NCBI GenBank assembly: GCA_035604635.1
Contig: DATNIC010000003.1
Coordinates: forward strand, 22,028 to 86,027
DNA: 64,000 nt
Source of the DNA: Candidatus Binatia bacterium
GTDB lineage: Bacteria; Vulcanimicrobiota; Vulcanimicrobiia; Vulcanimicrobiales; Vulcanimicrobiaceae
Direction of reading: 5' to 3'
Below the pieces are notes generated by a model. That model was not told where the DNA came from. It searched no databases and saw only the letters and a program-made list of their open reading frames with translations. Both the position numbers and the translations under genes were made by a program. Of the stretch, positions 40,084-47,114 are shown piece by piece. Position 1 is the stretch's first letter; each line of letters opens with the position of its first letter.

Positions 40084-40811
40084 TGCGCATCTACCACACG
40101 TCCGACTTACACGACCATCGTGGGATCGTAGAACCGTTGCGCGCGCTGCGGGCGCGCGCTCCGGGGCTGCTCGTCGATTGCGGTGACGCGCTTCGCGGCA
40201 GCCAGACTGTCTATTTCCGCAGCGAGCCGATCCTCGGTGAACTCGACGACGCGGCCTACGATGTCGCGGCCGTCGGCAACCGCGAGTTTCACTATCTGCT
40301 CCCCCTGATGGTCGCCCGGTTGCGCAAAATGCACCATCCGGTCGTTTGCGCGAACCTCGTCGATCTGCGCGGCCGCCCGCTCCCGTTCGTCCCCTCGCTC
40401 GATCTTCAGCTGGACGACGAGCGCGGAAGATCGAACGTCCGGCTGTTCGGCTTACTCGTCCCGCAGTATCGCGTCGGGAGCCCGTGGGAGCGCATCTTCG
40501 GTTGGCGCTTCCTCGATCCGCATGCAACCGCGGCCGACATCGCGCAGCAGACACCGAGCGGGACGACGTTGATCGCGCTCTCGCATCTGGGGCTGCGCGC
40601 CGATCGCGAGCTGGCAGGACGCGTCCCGCGCTTGGACCTGATCCTCGGCGGACACAGCCACGATACGCTCGCCGCGCCGGAGTACGTCGGTCCCGTCCCC
40701 ATCGTCCACGCCGGGCCGTACGGACACTACGTTTCGCGCACCGAGCTCGTCCGCGACGGCGCGCGAGCAAGGATCGCGTCGTACGAGCTGCTTCCGCTGT
40801 TAGCAGCGTAA
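40083..40811 (+). CDS. Calcineurin-like metallophosphoesterase, candidate UDP-2,3-diacylglucosamine pyrophosphatase (LpxH/LpxG-like)
   Basis: C-terminal 242 codons of ORF 39744..40811, from GTG 40083 (overlaps the lpxB TAG by 1 nt: TAGTG). Motifs HTSDLHD, CGDALRG, GNREF, LSHLG, GGHSHD. Confidence 0.6.
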   Translation: MRIYHTSDLHDHRGIVEPLRALRARAPGLLVDCGDALRGSQTVYFRSEPILGELDDAAYDVAAVGNREFHYLLPLMVARLRKMHHPVVCANLVDLRGRPLPFVPSLDLQLDDERGRSNVRLFGLLVPQYRVGSPWERIFGWRFLDPHATAADIAQQTPSGTTLIALSHLGLRADRELAGRVPRLDLILGGHSHDTLAAPEYVGPVPIVHAGPYGHYVSRTELVRDGARARIASYELLPLLAA

Positions 40812-40816
40812 CGGCA

Positions 40817-41965
40817 GTGAGCGTCCTCTTCGTGACGAACGGACATGGCGAAGCCGCGATCGGCGCACGGATCGCGCGCGACGTGCGCGCGCTTGGTCTC
40901 GACGTGGACCACTTTCCACTCGTGGGGACCGGATTCGAGGCACCGAGCTTCCCGGAGATCGGCCCGCGCGAGCGGTTGCCGAGCGGCGGGCTCGTCGCGA
41001 TGGGCAATGTCGGCAACTTCGCGCGCGATCTGCGCGCCGGTTTCTTGCGCTTGTTGCGCCGGCAGCGGGCGTTCTTGCGCGCGTCGGCGGGCCGCTACGC
41101 TGTCGTTGTTGCGGTCGGCGACGTCTACGCATTGGCGATGGCATATTGCGCGCGCACGCCGACCGTTTTCGTGGGGACTGCGAAGAGCGACTATGTCGCG
41201 CCGTACGGCTGGCTCGAGCGCCGATTCATGCGGAGAGCCGCCGTGCGCTTCGTACGGGACGAGCGGACGGCGGGCGCGCTGCGCGCTCGAGGTCTCTCCG
41301 CAACTGCGGCCAACGTGATCGTCGATTTGGCATCCGATGCGGGCGCGTATCCGTGGCCGTCGGGGGCCGAGCGGCTCGTCCTCTTGCCCGGGAGTCGCGA
41401 GGATGGCTACGGCGACGCGGTGCTGTTGTTGCGCGTCGTCCGTCTAGTTGCCCTCGAGCGACCCGTTTACGCGATGCTCTCGATTGCGGCCTCGCTCGAT
41501 CCGGCGCGAATGGCGTGCGCGCTCGAGGACGACGGCTGGACGATAACGCCCGGTGCGGACGACGAGCCGTTCGTCGCATCTTTAGAAGGAAAGCCGTTCG
41601 CGACCGCATGGCGGGGCGACATCAGCGCGCTCTTCCCCGGCGCGACGCTCGCGCTCGGTCAGGCCGGGACGGCGAACGAAGCCGCCGCCGCGAGCGGCCT
41701 GCCGGTCGTTGCCCTCGAGACGCGCCGTTCGGGTCGCGAAGGATGGTACCGCATGCGGCAAGCCGGCTTGCTCGGAGCCGCGCTCGACATCGTCCCCGGC
41801 GATCCCGCGCAGGCGGCTGCGTCCATCCTGCGGCTGCTCGGCGATCCCGCGCGTCGCGCCGAGATGGGCGCGACGGGACGCGCTCGGATGGGCCCGGCGG
41901 GTGCGGCGGTGCAGGTTGCGCGTGCGATAGCCGAACTCGCCGCGCGAGGTCATGGAGATGTTTGA
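40817..41965 (+). CDS. Lipid-A-disaccharide synthase-related glycosyltransferase (LpxB-like, TIGR03492-type by recollection)
   Basis: C-terminal 382 codons of ORF 40346..41965, from GTG 40817 (VSVLFVTNGHGEAAIGARIA...). GT-B-like; LLPGSR and GTANEAAAASGLPVV motifs. Confidence 0.6.
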   Translation: MSVLFVTNGHGEAAIGARIARDVRALGLDVDHFPLVGTGFEAPSFPEIGPRERLPSGGLVAMGNVGNFARDLRAGFLRLLRRQRAFLRASAGRYAVVVAVGDVYALAMAYCARTPTVFVGTAKSDYVAPYGWLERRFMRRAAVRFVRDERTAGALRARGLSATAANVIVDLASDAGAYPWPSGAERLVLLPGSREDGYGDAVLLLRVVRLVALERPVYAMLSIAASLDPARMACALEDDGWTITPGADDEPFVASLEGKPFATAWRGDISALFPGATLALGQAGTANEAAAASGLPVVALETRRSGREGWYRMRQAGLLGAALDIVPGDPAQAAASILRLLGDPARRAEMGATGRARMGPAGAAVQVARAIAELAARGHGDV

Positions 41966-43184
41966 GCGACACGCACGACTCGCCGCCGTTGCGATCGCGG
42001 CGACGTTTGCTTTTTTCCCGCTCTATTCGTCGCTCGGCTTGCTATACACCGATCCGCACAACTCGGCGCTCCCGCCGAGCGTGTGGCTCGTTCCGCGCAC
42101 GATCGATTGGCTTTTCGTCGTCGTTGCCGGAGCGTCGTTTCTGATCATCCTAGCGGCAGCGACGCGCTGGCGCCGGCCGCTGCCGGAATTGTTTTGGCCG
42201 GGCTGCGCGGGGACGTGCGCGTTTGCCGTCCCGGCGATCTTCGGTTTCGAGCCGGCCGGCGGCCTCACGTACGCCTTCGGCTTCTTCGTTTGGATGATCG
42301 GTGCCAATGCACTCCTCGAGTTGCGCCGGCGCGTCGTTTGGCTGACCGATGCCTGCGCCGCTTCGTTCCTTGCCAGCGGCGCGCTCGCGTGTTTGCTCGC
42401 CGTCGTACTGGTCGCGCTGCGCCGCCCCGCCGACGTCTACGCTTTCCATCACGGCCGCGCCGTCGGGACGTTCCTCAATACGAACGAACTCGCCGGATAC
42501 GCGGTCGTCTTGTGCGCGACTGCGGCCGGCTTCGTCCTGGCTGCACGCACGCATGCGATGCGTGCGCTTGCGCTCGGGGCCTTCGTCTGCGGTTTTGTTG
42601 CACTCGTGTTGACGTTTTCGCGCTCCGGTTTCATCGGCGCCGTCGTCGCCACGCTCGTCTTCCTCGTTGCGCTCCGACCGAGGTGGAACGTCGCCCTGCC
42701 GAGCGCGGCGCTCGTGATCGCGCTGCTCGCGGGTGCGGTCGTCTTCGATGCCCACCACAATCCGTCGGAGAACCTCTCGCGCCTCCCGGCGTGGGCCGCC
42801 GGCTGGCGCACGTTCGAGCTCTTTCCGTTGAGCGGCGTCGGTGCGATCGCGTACTACCGTACCTATCCGTTTATCCGCCCGCCGGACGGGCCGCCGCCCG
42901 GGACGCCGATCTCGTTCGATCCGCACGATATCTTCCTCACCTTGCTCTCGGAACTGGGGGTGCTCGGGACCGGCTTGTTCGCGTACATGTGGTGGCGCTG
43001 GGCCGTCCTCTACCGTGCCGCGCTCATCCGGGCCGCGCCTCGCAACCGGACCTTGGCGCTCGCGATCGGCGCCGGGCTTGCGGGGTTGTGGGCGGTCTCC
43101 GTATTCAACACGCTGAGCATCGTGTTTGCGCTGTGGACGAACTTCATGGCCCTGGCGCTCGTTACGGCCGAAGATGACGCATGA
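41952..43184 (+). CDS. O-antigen ligase (Wzy_C) family membrane protein
   Basis: ORF 410 aa, about 10 or more hydrophobic segments. Motif LVLTFSRSGFIGAVVATLVFL is typical of the WaaL/O-antigen polymerase family. Confidence 0.7.
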   Translation: MEMFERHARLAAVAIAATFAFFPLYSSLGLLYTDPHNSALPPSVWLVPRTIDWLFVVVAGASFLIILAAATRWRRPLPELFWPGCAGTCAFAVPAIFGFEPAGGLTYAFGFFVWMIGANALLELRRRVVWLTDACAASFLASGALACLLAVVLVALRRPADVYAFHHGRAVGTFLNTNELAGYAVVLCATAAGFVLAARTHAMRALALGAFVCGFVALVLTFSRSGFIGAVVATLVFLVALRPRWNVALPSAALVIALLAGAVVFDAHHNPSENLSRLPAWAAGWRTFELFPLSGVGAIAYYRTYPFIRPPDGPPPGTPISFDPHDIFLTLLSELGVLGTGLFAYMWWRWAVLYRAALIRAAPRNRTLALAIGAGLAGLWAVSVFNTLSIVFALWTNFMALALVTAEDDA

Positions 43185-43729
43185 TCGTCCGTAGTCTCCT
43201 CGCCGGCGCTTTGCTAACGCTCCTCTGCGGCTGCGAGTCGACGGGTGGGGGAGGCCCTGCCCAGACCCCCGCCCCGACGCAGCCCGCGGTCCCGGTTCAC
43301 GTCGAAACCCACGGCGACGCCCTCCATCCTGCGACGTTTACCGCGAGCGAGCACAACCGGCGCGTCTACCTTGTCACGGCGAAGTCGAGCGTCGGCGACC
43401 GTCTGGGTGACGGCAGTTTCATCGTTGCGCTCTCGCAGCCGCACGTGACGTTTTTTGAACGGACCGGCAAGACGCTGATCGGCGATTCGCCGAAGGCCGT
43501 CGTCACGGAGAGGGACAAGACGATCATGATGAGCGGCGGCGTAACGGCGCGGACGCAGGATGGAGCGGTTTTGACTTGCGATACGTTGACCTACGACGGA
43601 CGGGTCGAGCGTATTCACGGTGAAGGTAACGTCGTGCTGACCAGTGCACGCGGCGACCGCTTGACCGGCGACACGATCGACGGCGACGTCCGCCTCAACC
43701 ACGTCACGGTCAATAGCAGCCCTCGATGA
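43181..43729 (+). CDS. lptC: LptC/OstA-like LPS export lipoprotein
   Basis: ORF 182 aa; ATGA overlap with the upstream stop. Lipobox LLCGC. Beta-jellyroll-like repeats (...HVTFFERTGKTLIGDSPKAVV...MSGGVTARTQDGAVLTCDTLTYD...GEGNVVLTSARGDRLTGDT). Lies upstream of lptB. Confidence 0.65.
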   Translation: MIVRSLLAGALLTLLCGCESTGGGGPAQTPAPTQPAVPVHVETHGDALHPATFTASEHNRRVYLVTAKSSVGDRLGDGSFIVALSQPHVTFFERTGKTLIGDSPKAVVTERDKTIMMSGGVTARTQDGAVLTCDTLTYDGRVERIHGEGNVVLTSARGDRLTGDTIDGDVRLNHVTVNSSPR

Positions 43730-43737
43730 AACAGTAC

Positions 43738-43899
43738 TTTAGCGCCCCCTCGGGGCATCGTGCTTTCATCGTAATGATGAGGGGCGCTACGGTCGGGGGC
43801 CCCAAAGCGAAGCTTTGGGGGGCGGAGCGAGCACGGATGCGAGCCTGTCGCACAGCACAGGATGTGCGCTGGTGCGACCGGAGGCTCGGCCGGAGCGCC
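43738..43899 (+). repeat. Structured GC-rich intergenic repeat, copy C (5' of lptB; carries a ~55-nt internal insertion)
   Basis: TTTAGCGCCCCCTCGGGGCATCG...GAGGGGCGCTA...GGGGGCCCCAAAGCGAAGCTTTGGGGGGCGGAGCG-[insertion]-GGAGGCTCGGCCGGAGCGCC, then TTTCA-ATG (lptB). Confidence 0.85.
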
Positions 43900-43904
43900 T
43901 TTCA

Positions 43905-44651
43905 ATGAACGGCAGTTCTCAGCGCATCGTTTTGCGCGATCTGGTCAAGCGCTACGGGTCACGTGTGGTCGTCAACGGGGTCAGCGCGACCGTGAACAAT
44001 GGCGAAGTCGTCGGCCTGCTCGGGCCCAACGGCGCCGGGAAGACGACGACGTTTTATATGGTCGTCGGCGTGATCCGTCCCGACGGCGGGTCGGTCGCAC
44101 TCGAGGGCGACGGCGCGCTCGTCGAGCTGACGGACCAGCCTATGCACGAACGCGCGCGCGCCGGGATCGGCTATCTCGCGCAGGAGAACTCGATCTTTCG
44201 CAAACTCTCGGTCGGTGACAATTTGCGCTTGATCTGGGAGATGAACGGCGTCTCGCACGCCGAGCAGGAGGCCCGGCTGCCGGGACTGCTCGACGAGTTC
44301 GGACTGGGCCGCTTGATCGACGCGCGCGGCGACAGCCTCTCGGGCGGCGAACGGCGGCGGGTCGAAATCGCGCGCGCGATGGCGACCGAGCCGTCCTTCC
44401 TGCTGCTCGACGAGCCGTTTACCGGGATCGATCCGATCGCCGTCGCCGACATTCAAACGATGATCCGCCAACTGCGCGAGCGCGGGCTCGGCATCCTCAT
44501 CACGGATCATCAGGTGCGCGAGACGCTCGCCATCGTCGACCGCGCCTACATCCTCAACGATGGGAAGATCGAGGTCGCGGGGACGGCGCAAGAGGTCTTG
44601 GAGAGCCCGGTCGCCCGCAAGTTCTACCTCGGCGAAGGCTTCCGGCTGTGA
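43905..44651 (+). CDS. lptB: LPS export ABC transporter ATP-binding protein LptB
   Basis: ORF 43815..44651; start at ATG 43905 (MNGSSQRIVLRDLVKRYG). Walker A GPNGAGKTT, signature LSGGERRR, Walker B LLLDEP, and the LptB-type C-terminus. Confidence 0.93.
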   Translation: MNGSSQRIVLRDLVKRYGSRVVVNGVSATVNNGEVVGLLGPNGAGKTTTFYMVVGVIRPDGGSVALEGDGALVELTDQPMHERARAGIGYLAQENSIFRKLSVGDNLRLIWEMNGVSHAEQEARLPGLLDEFGLGRLIDARGDSLSGGERRRVEIARAMATEPSFLLLDEPFTGIDPIAVADIQTMIRQLRERGLGILITDHQVRETLAIVDRAYILNDGKIEVAGTAQEVLESPVARKFYLGEGFRL

Positions 44652-45784
44652 GCGTCGCCGTGCATCGCGAGCATCCGTTGACCGCGGGCTTTTCACGCCT
44701 CACGATCCTGGACCGCTACATGTTGGCCGAGCTCGGCGGGCCGTTCACGTTCGGGCTCTCGGCCTTCACGCTGATCTTGGTCGCGACGCAGCTGCTCGCC
44801 ATAGCAAGATTCGTTTCCGACGAGCACGCGCCGCTCCTGATCGCGATCGAATACTTCCTCTGGGGCCTCCCGCAAGTCCTGATCTACGTCATCCCGATGG
44901 CGCTCTTGCTCGGCGTACTGCTTACGATGCAGCGACTCTCCGGCGACAGCGAGATCACCGCGATGAAGGCCGGCGGGATCAGCCTGTACCGGATCGTCGC
45001 GGCACTGATCGTCGTCGGCGTCGTTGCTTCGTTCGTCGGCCTGTTCCTTCAGGAAAAGATCGTCCCGATCGCGACGGACCAGGCGGCATATCTGCGCGAG
45101 ATCGTCATCAAGCACATCACGATCAACAGCAACCTCACCGTCATCACGGCGCTCCCGGGCGGCGGCAAACAACTGACCGTCGCGGCTGCGATGGAGCCCG
45201 CGACACAGGCGCTGCTCAACGTCACCGTCATACAGTACGATCGCGACCAGCGCCCGCAGGAGATCGTCTTTAGCAAACGCGCCGACTACGACGCGCCGAC
45301 GTGGCGCTTCTCGAACGCGACGACGTACCATTTTGATCCCGACGGCTCGACGTTTTCGAGCATAGATCCGGTTCTACGAGTCGATGTGGGCGAGGCGCCG
45401 GGCCAATTCGTGCGCCGCGCTGCTCAGGACAACCCGGAGGATATGAGCCGGGCGGAGATTCGGGCGGTGCTGACGTCAGGGCGACTCTCCGCGGATCAGT
45501 TCCGCACCTATTACGCGATCTATCAGGCGAAGCTGGCGCGGCCGTTTGCAGCACTGGTCTTCGTCTTGATTGCGATTCCGTTCGGTTTGCGCCCGGCGCG
45601 CGGCGGCGGCCCGAGCCTCGGATTCGGTCTCGCGGTTGCGATCGTCTTCATCTACTACGTGATCGCCACGGTGTTCTTGAGCATCGGCGGTGTGAGTCTG
45701 GGACTGGCGACGATCGCCGCGTGGACCCCGAACCTCCTGTTTTCGGCGATGGGCGTCTACTTGTTGCGCAGGGCTGCTTCGTGA
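44648..45784 (+). CDS. LptF/LptG family LPS export permease
   Basis: ORF 378 aa; GTGA overlap with the lptB stop. YjgP/YjgQ-type N-terminus (LTILDRYMLAELGGPFTFGLSAFTLILV), six TM segments, central periplasmic domain. Confidence 0.85.
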   Translation: MSVAVHREHPLTAGFSRLTILDRYMLAELGGPFTFGLSAFTLILVATQLLAIARFVSDEHAPLLIAIEYFLWGLPQVLIYVIPMALLLGVLLTMQRLSGDSEITAMKAGGISLYRIVAALIVVGVVASFVGLFLQEKIVPIATDQAAYLREIVIKHITINSNLTVITALPGGGKQLTVAAAMEPATQALLNVTVIQYDRDQRPQEIVFSKRADYDAPTWRFSNATTYHFDPDGSTFSSIDPVLRVDVGEAPGQFVRRAAQDNPEDMSRAEIRAVLTSGRLSADQFRTYYAIYQAKLARPFAALVFVLIAIPFGLRPARGGGPSLGFGLAVAIVFIYYVIATVFLSIGGVSLGLATIAAWTPNLLFSAMGVYLLRRAAS

Positions 45785-46713
45785 TCATGCAGATCCTGCG
45801 CGGCAGCATCTCCGTGATCAGCATCATGCTGGTTGCGGGATTCATCGCGTACGTCGGCGATCGCGTTGGGCATCAAGTCGGACGCAGGCGCTTGACCCTT
45901 TTCAATTTGCGCCCGCGCCACACGTCGACGATCGTCGCGGTCGCGACGGGAATGCTTATCGCGATGCTCGTCACTTTGATCGCGCTCGCTGCGTCGGAAT
46001 ACGTTCAGACCGCTCTCTTCCGCATCGGTGACCTGAATCAGCAGATGCACGAGCTTCAGACGAAGGTCACGAGCCTCCAGCAGGAAGTCGCCAACACGCG
46101 CAACCAGCCGCGCATTCTCCAACTCGGCGAGCCGATTTGGAACGAATTTCTGATCTTGCAGCCGACGCAGTCGGAAGAACAGCAGTTCGTGGCGTTGCGC
46201 ACGTTCTTCGACGAGACGGTGAAGGCTGCCAACAAAGCCTGGCCTCGCGCCGGTTTGCGGCCGTTCCAGCAAACTTCAGCGGATTCCGAGGTGCAGCGTA
46301 AGCTCCGGCAACAACTCAGCCTGCTCGAGCCCGAGCTGACGCGCGCTCCGGTTCTGATCTTGCCGGTCGCCTCGCAGAATCTTTTTCGGGGTGACGAAAT
46401 CGGCTTCGAGTTCGATCAATACCCCGACCTTCGGATCCTCGCGGCGCACGAGGTCGTCGCCTCCGTCGCGGTCTCGGGCGGAGCGCCGATCGACTTTCCG
46501 CGCCTCATCGCCCTTGCGCGCGACGCGTCGATTCGACGCGGTATGCCGCCGCCGTTCGTGACCTTTCCGCTCGTCAACGGACCGCAGGCGCAGTCGATCG
46601 CGCAAGAGGTCGCCCACTCAAAAGGAAACTTTCTCGTCGTCGCAAAGGCGGCGCAAGACACGTATCCGCATTCGCGCGCGCTCGTCTTGGATTTCGGCAT
46701 CGAGTCGCGTTGA
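45781..46713 (+). CDS. DUF3084-like membrane-anchored coiled-coil protein
   Basis: ORF 45721..46713. Start at GTG 45781 (GTGA overlap) or ATG 45787. N-terminal TM plus AYVGDRVGHQVGRRRLTLFNLRPRHTSTIVAV motif, as I recall for DUF3084; followed by a coiled coil. Confidence 0.5.
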   Translation: MIMQILRGSISVISIMLVAGFIAYVGDRVGHQVGRRRLTLFNLRPRHTSTIVAVATGMLIAMLVTLIALAASEYVQTALFRIGDLNQQMHELQTKVTSLQQEVANTRNQPRILQLGEPIWNEFLILQPTQSEEQQFVALRTFFDETVKAANKAWPRAGLRPFQQTSADSEVQRKLRQQLSLLEPELTRAPVLILPVASQNLFRGDEIGFEFDQYPDLRILAAHEVVASVAVSGGAPIDFPRLIALARDASIRRGMPPPFVTFPLVNGPQAQSIAQEVAHSKGNFLVVAKAAQDTYPHSRALVLDFGIESR

Positions 46714-47114
46714 TGCCCGGTCCTGTGCTGGGCATCGATCCGGGGACGCGCAAGTGCGGTTTTGCCGTCGTTGCAGAACCGGGCGCAGTGCCGCTGGCGA
46801 TGGGGATCGAGCCGGTCGAGACGCTGCCGGAGCGCGTCGCTTTGCTCGTTGCGGCTCACGCTCCCAGCGCGATTGCGCTGGGAGCGGGGACGAACGGGGC
46901 AACGGTTGCCCGCGTTCTGGCCGCTACGGGCATCCCGATTCACATCACCGACGAAATCGAGACTACGCTGCGCGCGCGCGCACGTTACTTCGCCGATCAT
47001 CCGCCGCGCGGTTGGCGCTGGTTCGTGCCGCGCGGGATGCTCCTTCCGCCGCGCCCGATCGACGATTACGCGGCGCTCCTCATCGCTGAGCGCTTCTTGT
47101 CATCTGGGATATGA
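46710..47114 (+). CDS. Small RNase H-fold nuclease, RuvC/YqgF(RuvX)-like
   Basis: ORF 134 aa. N-terminal VLGIDPGTRKCGFAVV resembles the RuvC/YqgF catalytic Asp motif. C-terminal IDDYAALLIAERFL resembles the last acidic motif. Confidence 0.5.
   Translation: MMPGPVLGIDPGTRKCGFAVVAEPGAVPLAMGIEPVETLPERVALLVAAHAPSAIALGAGTNGATVARVLAATGIPIHITDEIETTLRARARYFADHPPRGWRWFVPRGMLLPPRPIDDYAALLIAERFLSSGI

Noticed and set aside
40346-40816. N-terminal 157 codons of ORF 40346..41965, and similar 5' extensions of ORFs 39744, 18042, 6962, 11573, 58653..61070
   Set aside because: The extensions overlap the preceding real gene in another frame and are Arg-rich. Homology-like sequence starts at internal GTG/ATG codons adjacent to the upstream stop.
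38839-41016. Long antisense ORFs such as 38839..41016 (-, 725 aa), 26307..28001 (-), 59233..60825 (-), 20473..21525 (-), 35503..36768 (-), 24021..25544 (-)
   Set aside because: Each lies opposite a gene with strong family motifs. Their translations are Arg-rich with no recognisable domains, which is typical of high-GC antisense open frames.
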